Notes under the pieces: generated by a model
Told to the model about the DNA's origin: nothing
The model's database searches: none
What the model saw: only the letters and a program-made list of their open reading frames with translations
Part shown: positions 53,301-64,000 of the stretch, one piece after another
Position numbering within the stretch: the stretch's first letter is position 1
How the letters are laid out: each line of letters opens with the position of its first letter
Translations under genes and position numbers: made by a program
Assembly (NCBI RefSeq): GCF_018977255.1
Contig: NW_024704742.1
Coordinates: forward strand, 83,702,001-83,766,000
Direction: 5' to 3'
Source of the DNA: Callorhinchus milii
Lineage: Eukaryota
Length of the DNA stretch: 64,000 nt

Positions 53301-56041
53301 GGGGAGGCAGAAGGAAAAAAGCTGTATTTGAAACAGCTGCAAACTAAGTTTAAATACCATTTTAAATGTTCTTCCCCCACCCCCCAAAAAAAACTATTTT
53401 GACATAGCCATTTTAGGCTGCGACTGCTTCAGTCTCGGGAATAACCCCCAACCAGTTCCTTCTATTATCCCACTGGGACTTCCTGTCTTAACAAAAGTAT
53501 TGGTAAGAAGAAAAAAAATAGGATGTTAAAAGGGAATCATATGCAAAACCTCTTAGTTTAACTTTACCTGAGTAATTTGCCTTAGAACAAGAGATAACCC
53601 TAATCCCTTACTTTAAAAAAAACTATTACACTACTGTATGGTTCATTTCATAAAGTCTGTTTGAAAGATGCTTAACACAGAATATTTTCTTAGCCTGTAC
53701 AATCCTCCTCTAAAACAAATACTTCTAAAGCCCAAGGTGCAAACTGAACTCAAACTGCAGTTAGTTGGCTAGTTTTGTCAGAAATGATATTCGGCTGCAT
53801 CCAAGGGGACTTGCACTTGTGTGAAACAAAAGAGTTCCTCATGGCAACACAATGATGAAAATCTGGCTTTCTCGCGCCACATGGGCACTTAAAGCAACTT
53901 GAGGAACCTTTGAACCTGTGGTGAGATCTGCAAAGCCAAAGGTTTGTATTTTTTTAAAAAAACACACACATTTGTCTCATTGCACCAATTCATACAGTAA
54001 TTCTCTACAATGCACACCTTGCAGTTTGATAGTTATATTTCAAGTCCAGAAAGCCTGACAGCAGCAAATTGCATTCATGTAGAAAACATGGTGGTCTGTA
54101 CAGATCCCAGGAAATCTATTCCCAGCCTTATTTACATTTTATTAAAAAGTGCAATTCCCCCCCAAAAAAAGTTTATCAATTTTTTTATGCCACTTAAAGT
54201 TAAGTTCACCAAATAAAATTCAGAGAAATTACTTTTATTTTTGCACGCATCACATTGATATCTTGATTGCATTTTCAAGTGAGGAACTTTGTACAATTTA
54301 CATACAAATAAGTACATGGCAATACTAGGCGGTGGGTGGGGGGGGCCCTTCCCCCAACAAAAACTGATCGCAATTTTTTTTGATATGCTTCAATTGCACT
54401 TTATATATCTTGTGAGGCGCTTCGAGACGTCCCAATAAAGTTATTAGCCGCTATATCAAATACAAGGTTTATTATTACTATTATTAATTGCTTACTTTGG
54501 ATTACTTAGTCCGTTTACGTGCGACTATGTACCTCCCGCACCCCACCACCACCAAGCAGCAATAAACCAACCAAAATAAGCGGCCAAGCAGCAGAGCCAT
54601 CAGCCATGCGGTCAAAAAGATTATAGGTCGACAAATCTTCGCGTAGGTTGGTGGGTGGGGGTTGGGAAAGGGGAGGGAAAAGATTAAACGGCATTAAAAA
54701 TACAACTGATTGTTTCTCGCCATTAAGAGGCGGGAATCTCCTCCCTGTGAGCACTGCGCTGCACTCTGTGATTCAGCCCTGAGCTGGGAAGGCAGGAAGG
54801 CAGGAAGGCAGGAGCTAAACAAAGCTTTCTGCCTGGACACTGCTGGAGGGCGATGTGCAGCAACAGCAGCAGCAGAGACCACAGACCTGGACGAAAAGCA
54901 CATTCCGCGCAAACATAAAACCCCCTCTCTCTTCTCCACCCCCCTCCCTCCCTTCTCTGCTCCTCCCCCCCCCCCCCCCTCTCTTTCTCCACAGGCAGCG
55001 TGTGTTCGCTCTGCTCCACATTTACGGGCCTGCGTTTAGCAAATCAAACCAGACAGGAAGCTTTCCCTTTCCTCTCTCCTTTCCCCCGCCCTCCCATTAT
55101 AAACTGCCAATTCCATTTATTTTTAAGAGAAAAAAAAGACACAAGTAATACCATAGACGTTTACGGTAAACGCTAACTTTGTTGTAGTTTTTTTTTAAAA
55201 AAGAGGACTTTTCTTCAGATAGAACCCACCTACTGATGCTCCTCACTTTCCCTCTCCCCCTCCCCCCTCTCCTGGCCGCCTGTAAACATGTGAGCCGCGC
55301 TCATGGCTGGCCACACTCACTCATCCAAACACACTTTACAGTACATTCTGTGAATCGCTTCGAGACGTCTCGAAGACATACGACGCTATATCAAATGCAA
55401 CGATTATTATTATTATTATTATCATCATCCTCCTCATCATCATCATCTGCTGCCGGGGATGTTTCGAGCTTTGCGGCTGGAGCAGGGTCCCTGGTGTTGG
55501 AGGGGGTAAAGTGGGGGGGGGAAGAGAAGACGAGAGACAAATCCAACATTCTTACAGACTCTCTCTCATCCCCTCCCCACACACATACAATTAAAAAACA
55601 AGCTTATTTTTACAGAGAGACAGGCAGACAGCTGGACTGAGGCTGTAAAACCCAGAAAACAACAGCTTACTTGGGATATTGTGTGTGTGTGTTTGTGTGT
55701 GTGTACAGCAGTCAACAAAAAAATAGCCCTTTGCACCCCCAACAAAAATAACCATTTTATTTCACTATAAATATATAAAAGCAATGGAGAGGTCACACAC
55801 ACACACACACAAGAGCCCAACGAAGAGAGCCTTTTACATTTCCCCCCTTTCCCCCCACTCCCTCCCTCTCCCTCCCCACCACCCAAAAAATATATATATA
55901 TTTTAAAAAAATGTAATGTCTTATGAAAAAAAACACATGTGGAAAAAAAAAGACCTTTCTTTCCCTTCGGCAGCAGGTGGGGGGGGGGAGTGTATGAGGA
56001 AATATTGGGTCAACAATTTGCTGGTGACAATCCCAGGTCAC

Positions 56042-56453
56042 AGAGGGAGAAGAGGAGGGAGAGGAGAGGAAGAGAGGAGAGGGAGAGGAGAGGAAGAGAG
56101 AAGAGAAGAGGAGAGGAGAGGAGAGGAGGAGAGGAGAGAGGAGAGAGGAGAGGAGAGGAGAGGAAGAGAGGAGAGGGAGAGAGGAGAGGAAGAGAGGAGG
56201 AGAGGAAGAGGAGAGGAGGAGAGGAAGAGAGGAGAGGAGAGAGAGGAGAGGAGAGGAGAGAGGAGAGGAAGAGAGGAGAGGAAGAGAGGAGAGGGAGAGA
56301 AAAGAAGAGAAGAAGAGAGGAGGAGAGGAAGAGAAGGAGAGAGGAGAGAGAAGAGGAGAGGAAGAGAGGGGAGAGAAGAGGAGAGGAAGAGAAAGAGAGA
56401 GGAGAGAGAAGAGGAGAGGAAGAGAGAGAGGAGAGGAGAGAGGAGGAGAGGAA
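56042..56453. repeat. Pure polypurine (GAGAG/GAGGA)n tract in intron 1
   Basis: About 410 nt of only A and G on the plus strand. Confidence 0.95.
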
Positions 56454-56745
56454 CGTGCTCTTTTCTGGGTTACTCAGCAGCTGAACGGGAAGAAAGAGAA
56501 GGCGACACTCGGGAGGAGGAGGAGGAGGGTTGAGTTTCATTGACACACACACACACACATACACACACAACAGTTTTGATTTTGTTTCGGGGGCGGGGGG
56601 GGGGGGTTTGCAAAAAAAAAAAAATTTTTTTTTAAATAAACAAACAAACATATAAATAAATAAAAAAAATAAAATAAAATAAATGAGTGAGCGAGTGAGT
56701 GAGTGAGTGAGCGGGAGAGCTGTGCTGTGCTGTGCTGTGTGTTAC

Positions 56746-56898
56746 CTGTTTGCCTCTGTAGAACAGGCGCTGGCAGTCCGGGTCCACACTGAAGCTCTCC
56801 TGGATCTTCACCCTCAAGCCCTCGATCTTGGTCAGTCGGGACAAGTCGTCGATGCACCGGGTTTGTTTGCCGTCGATAGTACGCACTTGAATCCACAT
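56746..56898 (-). CDS. UHRF2: UHRF2-type E3 ubiquitin ligase, coding exon 1 (N-terminal half of UBL domain)
   Basis: ATG at 56898-56896; translates [51 protein letters not shown], the UHRF1/2 N-terminus; ends at phase-0 donor CAG|GTAAC; 153 nt. Confidence 0.95.
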
Positions 56899-57112
56899 TT
56901 TTCTTCCCTCTCTTTCACTCTCTCTCTCTCTCTCTCTCTTTCTTTTCTCTCTCTCACTCTCTCGCTCTCTCTGTGTCTCTCTCACTCTCTCTCTCTCTCC
57001 TTCTCGCGTCTTCTTTTTTTTCCCCTCTTCTCCTCTCCCGGTTTTCCTGCCGCTGTTCACGAAACAATGAGGACCCCCTCTCTCCCTCTCTCCCTCTCTC
57101 TCTCTCTCTCTC
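56899..57112. repeat. Interrupted (CT)n microsatellite = GA-rich 5' UTR directly before the ATG
   Basis: Runs of ctctctct on the plus strand. Confidence 0.85.
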
Positions 57113-57379
57113 TAATGAAACGACCCCCCGTGTGATAACCAGCGGTGACAACAGGTTCAAGGACGAGGAGGAGTGTGGGGGAGGGGGGAGGGGGGGGGGG
57201 AGGGGGAGAAGGGGAAAAGGGGGAGGGAGGGAGAGGAGGAGAGAGAGAGAGGGGGGGGGACCCCACCCACCAGTCTGTAGGTGAGATAAGAGAGAGATTT
57301 TGTTGATATTGCAACAACAAAAAACCGACCCCCAAATGGTGCACTGTGTAATAAGGAAAAATAATTCCCCCCTTTTTTT

Positions 57380-57555
57380 CAGGGCCGAGGCCGAGGCCGA
57401 GGCTGAGTGGGGCTCAGGCGGAGGGCTCCTCACCAGCGGCGGCGGCGGCTGTTTACTGAGCGCTCAGAGCCTCGGCTCTCAGTCACTCACACACACACAC
57501 ACACACACGGGGTCACGGCGCCAAACAACTCTCGCGAACATAGGATAGTGATTGT
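57380..57555 (-). promoter_or_regulatory. Probable UHRF2 core promoter / first non-coding exon region
   Basis: Local CpG cluster with (GGCCGA)3 and (GGC)n; E2F-consensus TTTGGCGCC on minus strand at 57517-57525; TCTCGCGA at 57530-57537; about 0.5-0.65 kb upstream of the ATG. Confidence 0.6.
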
Positions 57556-57562
57556 TTATACA

Positions 57563-59068
57563 GAGAGGGGGGGGGAGTGATGGGGGGAGGGGAGTGAGAG
57601 GGGAGGAGAGAGGGGAGGGGGAGGAGAGAGGGGAGGGGGGAGTGAGGGGGGGAGGGGAGTGAGAGGGGAGGAGAGAGGGGAGGGGGAGTGAGAGGGGAGG
57701 AGAGAGGGGAGGGGAGGAGAGAGGGGAGGGGGAGAGGGGGGAGGGGAGTGAGAGGGGAGGAGAGAGGGGAGGGGGGAGGAGAGAGGGGGGGGAGGAGAGT
57801 GAGGGGGGAGGGGAGTGAGAGGGGGGAGAGGGGAGGGGGGAGTGAGAGGGAGGAGAGAGTGAGAGGGGGGAGGAGAGAGGGGAGGGGGGAGTGAGGGGGG
57901 AGGGGAGTGAGAGGGGAGGAGAGAGGGGAGGGGGAGTGAGAGGGAGGAGTGGGGGAGGGGGAGTGGGAGGGGAGGAGAGAGTGAGAGGGGGGAGGGGAGT
58001 GAGGGGGGGAGTGGGGGGAGGGGGAGGGGAGGAGAGAGTGGAGGGGGAGGGGAGTGAGGGGAGGAGTGGGGGAGGGGGAGGGGGGAGTGAGAGGGAGGAG
58101 GAGGGGAGGGGGGAGTGAGAGGGAGGAGTGGGGGAGGGGGGAGTGGGAGGGGAGGAGAGAGTGAGAGGGGGGAGGGGAGTGAGCGGGAGGAGTGGGGGGA
58201 GGGGGAGGGGGGAGTGAGAGGGAGGAGTGGGGGGAGGGGAGGGGAGTGAGGGGGGGAGGGGAGTGAGAGGGAGGAGTGGGGGGAGGGGGAGTGAGAGGGG
58301 GGAGGGGAGTGAGAGGGAGGAGTGGGGGGAGTGGGAGGGGAGGAGAGAGTGAGAGGGGGGAGGGGAGTGAGCGGGAGGAGTGGGGGAGGGGGAGGGGGGA
58401 GTGAGAGGGAGGAGTGGGGGGAGGGGGAGGGGGAGTGAGGGGGGGAGGGGGGAGTGAGGGGGGGAAGGGGGAGTGAGGGGGGGAAGGGGGAATGAGGGAG
58501 GGGAGGGAGGGAGGAGGAGAGAGGGGGGGAGGGGGAGTGAGGGGAGAGTGCGAGGGGAGGGGGGAGTGAGAGGGGACGAGAGAGTGAGAGGGGGGAGGGG
58601 AGTGAGAGGGAGGAGTGGGGGAGGGGGAATGAGTGGGAGAGGAGGGGGAGGGAGGAGAGAGAGGGGAAGGGGGAAGTGAGAGGGGGGGTGGGGGAGGGAG
58701 GAGAGAGGGGGGGGAGGGAGGAGAGAGAGGGGGGGAGGGGATGGGGAGGGAGAGGAAACAAGGCGCAGGGGATGGGGGGCCCAGAGAGAGCCAAGGGGGC
58801 CGGGCAGAGGGTCATGGAGGGGGTGCGGAGAGGTGGGGGCGGGGGGGGCAGAGGGGGGAGGAAGGCACAGGGGGGGGCGCAGAGGGGAACGGGCAGAGGT
58901 GGCACGGAAAAGATGGGGGAAAGGGGAGGCGGAGGGGGAGAGAGGGGAGGCAGAGGGGAAAAGGGGTGGGGGAAAGGAAAGGAGATCCGGAGTGGGAAGG
59001 GGGCAAAGGGAGGCGGGGAGGGGTTTGTGGAGTGAGGAGGGGGTGCGCGGAGGGGAGAGGGGAGAGAA
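57563..59068. repeat. G-rich purine minisatellite / low-complexity tract built from GGGGAGTGAGAGGG(A)GGAG-like units
   Basis: Plus strand is nearly all G/A with T mostly in GAGTG units and almost no C until about 58750. Confidence 0.95.
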
Positions 59069-60220
59069 GACGCCCAAATGCTCAACTCTTTCCACTCTCC
59101 CCCGTTTTCTCTTCCAATTCCTTCCCTTTTATGCGCCATTAGCTACTTCTCATGCCATTTTACCTGGGTGTCAATAATTTCTTTCTCTTTCTGATATTCC
59201 CTCTAGTTCCCTGCCTCTAGTATTTCCTCCTCCCTTTCCTCCCCCCTTTTGGCGGGCTGGGGAAAGCCATCAAGCTCCGCCTTTCATTTAGAATAGCTTT
59301 TTATATAATTTTTTTAAAAAAGTTGGTTTGTTTATCTTGAAAGCGATGAGTTTTACAACCCATCCCCATCTCTCTCTCCCCACTCCCCTCTCTCTTTCTT
59401 TCCCCCACCCCCACCCAAAATAAAACCTTGCAAGAAATATACGTAGATTGATTTCACTTCTCTTCCCCCTCCCCTCCTCCACTTTCCCCAATGCAATCCA
59501 CATCGGCACACACACACACTGCATGGCTCGGGTTATTACGTTCCGCCAAGAATGCTTTGCGACGTGTTAAGAGACAAGAACTTGGTGATTTATGCGACAA
59601 AAGTGTTTTGCAAAACAATAAAAAAATAACTTCAGGAGATTGTTGTCCAGCAGCCTAACTCCTTAAGTTTATATACTGTATTAAATATACTATGGGAATT
59701 TAGTTTTATTAGAAAGAAGTCTTGACACATTCATGAGGCTCAACTCCCATCCCCCACACACACGCACACACACACTTCCAGCTTTGAGGACACACAGGAG
59801 CAGATATTTCCATTTTCTAGCAAGGAAGCACATTGCGATGGGGTGCGGTGGGGGGTATAGTGTTAACAGGAGCTAGGAACAGGAAGAATCCCTGCTCCCA
59901 GTGACTGATCTGCCCTCGCAAGTCGCCCCTTCCCTCGCCTCCTTCAAGGCCTGCCTCAAGACCTGCTTCCCCTTTGACCACACTTCTGGCCATTGTTCTC
60001 CACATCAACCCCCTCCACCCCCCCAGCTCGGGTACAACCGGATTGTTCAGTGCCCTGGGATGCCCTCCTGACATGAAAGGCACTAAATAAATTAAAATTA
60101 GTATTACATAAGTCCTACCAACGAGCCAGTGTCCTATAGCAATGCAGATAATAATAATAATCCTTGCATTTGATTTAGCTCCTTACCATGTCTTAGGGAC
60201 GTCTCAAAGCGCTTCACAGA

Positions 60221-60555
60221 ATAATAATAATAATAATAATAATAATCCTTGCATTTGATATAGCGCTTTTCACGTCGGGAGGACGTCTCAAAGCGCTTCA
60301 CAGAACACACTGTAAAGTGAATTGACTCTATGTTTAGTGGGAAAAATGCGGCAGCCATGGCACACAGCAGGGTCCCACAAACAGTCGTGGATTTGAGTGA
60401 CCAAATTATTGTTTTTTATTCATTTGTTTTCTTAAGGGATTATTATCAGCTGTGTGGAATAAGGAAACTTGCCCAAGGTTTCGTCCTGTTGGGAATCGAA
60501 CCCAGGTCTCTCGCTTGCGAGGCGAGCGCTCTAACCGCTGAGCTACAGGACTCCA
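60221..60555 (-). mobile_element. Full-length family A SINE nested inside an older SINE (remnants about 60147-60220 and 60585-60665)
   Basis: Head at 60490-60555 (anticodon CGC), long (TAT)n tail; older tail on the left and older Deu segment on the right. Confidence 0.88.
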
Positions 60556-60890
60556 ATAACTGAATGCCAGACCGTACAGCAGAATGCCTGTATATCTTTT
60601 GGGTGAAACGCGGCAGCCAATTGCGCACAGCGGTGTCCTATAAACAGTCGAGGAATGAATGACCCTCATCGTACCATTCACAAGCTGCAACTCATCCCAA
60701 AGTCTGTATCTTCACCCTCATATACAAATCCATCCCTGGTACTCCAATCCAACTCTGATCTCCTCCAACCTTATTCCTCCATTTGCTCCCTCTGCTCACC
60801 CCTCCCTTTCTGCTTTTTTAATATAACACATAATGATATATAGTATATAACCCTATAATATATAACAATATATAATATATAATCCTATAA

Positions 60891-61145
60891 TATAATAATA
60901 ATCCTTGCATTTGATATAGCGCTTATCACATCTTCTAGACATCTCAAAGCGCTTCACAGAATAATAATAATAATAATAATCCTTGCATTTGATATAGCGC
61001 TTTTCACGTCTTCTAGATGTCCGAAAGCGCTTCACAGAATATACTGTAAAGTGAATTGACTGTATATTTGTGGGCAAAACGCGGCAGCCAATTGCACACA
61101 GCAGTGTCCCACAAACAGTCGTGGATTGAAGTGACTAATTTTATT
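60891..61145 (-). mobile_element. 5'-truncated Deu SINE with tandemly doubled 3' tail
   Basis: Two consecutive tail units (60891-60960 and 60961-61040) followed by the Deu segment. Confidence 0.85.
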
Positions 61146-61289
61146 AGTGTTTTTTTTCTCTCTGTTTTCTCTCTTTCTGTTTTTTAAGTCCCACCTCAAT
61201 CCTACCTCTTTCAACATACCCCCGGCCACTATACCCCTCTCCTTTGCTCAGCATTCAACTCTGTCCTTGTAACTCACTCCAAGACATTT

Positions 61290-61572
61290 CCCTATTTGAC
61301 ATGGATGGGGGACTTATACAGCGCATCTTCTGATAGGAGTGGAGTGGCAAGACACCCATCCTATTGATTGATGGGAAGGAAAACAGAGTACCAACTCTTC
61401 TTATTGATGGGGGTATGGTGAGAGGACACATACCCACCCCATCGAAAGATGGGGAGGGAAATAAAAGATGTATACTCCTATTGATGCGGGGGAAAAGAAG
61501 GGAGGACGCACTCATTTTATTGATGGAGGGGGGGGAAAGTAATGGAGGACACACATTCATTTTATTGATGGT
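61290..61572. repeat. Degenerate minisatellite, period about 38-44 nt
   Basis: Recurring (C/T)TATTGATGG(G) core near 61361, 61401, 61478, 61517 and 61562, each followed by a purine run. Confidence 0.7.
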
Positions 61573-61779
61573 TATGTCTAAACCTTATGTGTAAGCAGTT
61601 CCCCTTCATGGTTCTGAGCTTCTGGGCATGCAGCAGAGGGGGTTTCCATGGCTCATTTGCAAAGTCTAGAGGGAAGCAGTGAGGTAGATTTGTGGTAAAA
61701 CAAGAAAAGCGACTGCAGGGAGGGTGGGCTCCAGCCTACACTGACCTGTCATAAAGCATCCTGGAAGTGGAGTCAGTTT

Positions 61780-62830
61780 CAAGATAGGCATTTTCTTTTG
61801 CCAAGACCCCTCCCACGAGGACCTGGATTAAGCAGTTGCGTTGAGTAAGCCTGGAATTAGATCTCGAGAACATCATAAAATGACCTGTAAAGATCCTTCC
61901 ACCTAGCTGAAGGTAGATATCCATTGAATATCTGATAAGGAAACTCTGAGCTTGGAAGGTGCAACCTGGAGTTTGTAAACTCAAACTCATATATGAAAGA
62001 TAGAATATAGCCGGGGCTTGGTGTCCATCTTGATTAATATACAGAGAGGTACTGCATATGCAGAGCTGCTGCTGAAGCTCTGTACTTTCAACTGATGGAA
62101 CCATCATTCAAACAGGTCGGAAGGTGTCTGTACTGTTAGGAATGTTAGCCAGTGCTAGGACACATTTCATGCTGTGTTCTGCTGCTCACCAATAGACTTG
62201 AAAGGAGTTCCTGGTACCCGCTATCCGACTAGTGAGGGCTCAAACCTTGCTGCATATCTAAAAATCAACTGTTAACTATCCTCCTGGGCAGGGGGAGGTA
62301 AGCAGGGTCTTCTAGGGAGTCAGCTGGCTCCAAGGTGACATACCTGGCAATTCAATATCAGAATCAAATTGATCCTTTGTTGCAGTCCAGTTGTCTAGTT
62401 CCTGAGCAAGGTTTGCCCGTAGTACTCCAGGCCATGACTCCAGGCTGGCATGTCATTGAAATTTGGAAGGGCACACCAGTTATTGGAGGCAACGACTCTT
62501 TCCACTCAGCTTCTGTTGACACTGCAAGGCAACACCCTAATGAGCAGAATAGTCCTAGCTGGACAAACAGCAGGAAACTTACCAGCCAGAGAGCACTTTC
62601 AATGGCAAGCTTTGCGGTTTTAGCTTGTTAGTTCCAGCAGTAACCCGAATCACACATCCCAAGCCTTGGCTCTCACCAACCTGTGCCTAATAATTTTCAG
62701 AATTAGGTAAGCAGGATGCATCCCTCTAGGGAAAGAGTGTGCATTGCATCCCAGACACATAAGCATTTGCATGTGTAAATGGCCTACATATGTGGAACTC
62801 AGTTTGGTTTGGATATCCTTAAGCATGATG
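61780..62830. mobile_element. Old interspersed repeat, same family as 22100-22940
   Basis: Same collinear shared blocks in the same orientation. Confidence 0.75.
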
Positions 62831-63259
62831 ACGCTTGTTCCAGTGATTAATCATTTTCCATACGGATAGAATAGTCCAAGCTGAAGATATATCAATGACT
62901 GCCATCCTTGTCACTGGTCCACAGATGGAAGACACACATCTGCAGAGTTCTATATATTTTGCTGTCTTTTCCTGTTGCAGTAGTCTCCGTTTTCGTATTT
63001 TTGCATGAAGAGGTAATGTGTTTTCATTTGTTTGTTTTGTCATTTTCTTCCTCCCATATCCTGCAGGTCTGTATTGTTCACCGCCCTCTTGTGTTAATGT
63101 GAACAGGACCACCCCATGGGTCCTCTGATTCCTGAAGCTTAGCATGATTCATTTGTAATGGTTCAATCCATGTGCTGTGCCTATTGGTGAGCAGCTGCAG
63201 CTCTTGAATCTGTCACTGTGTTTGTGTTTCTCCTGAAGTTTACAGTTCAACTTCACATC

Positions 63260-63505
63260 TGGGATCTAAAAGAGAATTTCGGAGGAACTACTTCACACAG
63301 AGGGTAGCGAGATTGTGGAACTCGTTGCCTGAAGTTGTGGTTGCATTAGATAATACAGATGCATTCAAGAGAAAGCTAGATCTTCAATGAGGGAGAGGGT
63401 ATGGGAGGGAGTAAGGAATGAGTGAAGACTCATTTGGAGTATAAACATCAGATCGCACTAATTGGGCTGGTTGGCCTGATTCTGTCCTGTACCTTCTTTG
63501 TAATC
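63260..63505 (+). mobile_element. Old CR1 3' fragment
   Basis: TTCACACAGAGGGTAGCGAGATTGTGGAACTCGTTGCC (FTQRVARLWNSLP) and 3' UTR TTGGGCTGGTTGGCCTGATTCTGT. Confidence 0.75.
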
Positions 63506-63619
63506 TTCCTTGTAATCTAAAACTGCAACTGATCTTAGTACTTAAGTATTGCTTTTCTTCAGATGATAAACCTAAGGTAATACGCTTGCTCTATTAAGAA
63601 AAGTTACTATCAAATGTAA

Positions 63620-63945
63620 TGCTGGAACATGGCTCCATGGGCACCAAACACCCTCCAATACTTTAACCAAGTACCACTCTTCATATGTGAAACTGTACAG
63701 GCTGGAGTGGGTTAAGGGGTATCACAGTCAAAATTGATCCACCAGACCATACATACCTTATTTGCAGCAGAAGTCACTGAACAGTAACCAGTAGCAGAAA
63801 CCTTGGGAAAAATTTCCTCTCCCTGATCTAAGAACACAGAGTTCAATTCTAGCACCCCCCACCATCCCCAATCTGAAATCAGATAATGCAGTACAGACCA
63901 GGAATAAAATCCTGGGGCCTTTTGGGGCTCAGTTCCATACTACTA
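63620..63945 (-). mobile_element. Diverged AmnSINE2-like SINE
   Basis: Reverse-complement similarity to 49930-50330 (CCATGGGCACC...CCCTCC...CCAAGT...CAGACCAGGAAT). Confidence 0.6.
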
Positions 63946-64000
63946 CTAATAATAATCCTTGCATTTGATATAGCGCTTTTCATGTCTTCTAGACGTCCCA

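Noticed and set aside
55916..56651. Glu/Arg-rich and Ser/Leu-rich ORFs of 181-213 aa
   Set aside because: Translations of the polypurine microsatellite.
4168..56898. Calling the gene UHRF1
   Set aside because: RTIDG, LIDPGFGxYK, the long Tudor insertion, RPRARTILKW, VMVNYN and GFWFDAE favour UHRF2 despite UHRF1-like segments.
56899..57060. N-terminal extension of exon 1 in ORF 56632-57060
   Set aside because: Starts at GTG and runs through (GA)n repeat; the conserved start is MWIQ at 56898.
57479..59139. 538 aa and 527 aa Pro/Leu/Ser-rich ORFs
   Set aside because: Produced by the G-rich tract, which lacks stops in several frames; no domain content.
61290..61572. CRISPR-like array
   Set aside because: Eukaryotic context, short degenerate core, related spacers, no cas genes.
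1..64000. Strand bias of SINE insertions relative to the gene
   Set aside because: A rough manual count gave many copies on both strands with only a slight minus excess; not convincing.

Overview
Vertebrate genomic DNA, most likely a cartilaginous fish (probably a holocephalan; this is inferred only from the SINE/LINE/Penelope repeat content). The window holds the 5' part of a UHRF2-type gene on the minus strand: a CpG/E2F-type promoter near 57.4-57.55 kb and coding exons 1-4 (56746-56898, 46468-46719, 14489-14775, 4168-4386). These splice in frame to about 303 aa covering the UBL domain and most of the tandem Tudor domain; the gene continues off the left edge. Introns are packed with tRNA-derived Deu-domain SINEs, L2 and CR1 LINE fragments, AmnSINE2-like copies, an old third LINE family and a Penelope end. 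Main observations: (1) five separate insertions or duplications fall in the same hairpin loop of the SINE, a possible retrotransposon target site; (2) a 31.7 kb GC-AG intron; (3) a UHRF2 that keeps the UHRF1-type DSGxxS degron; (4) near-identical inverted SINEs flanking exons 2-3; (5) a 1.5 kb G-rich tract beside the promoter. No prokaryote-type system (CRISPR, operon) is present. Repeat boundaries are approximate and family names come from recalled consensus motifs, not a database search.
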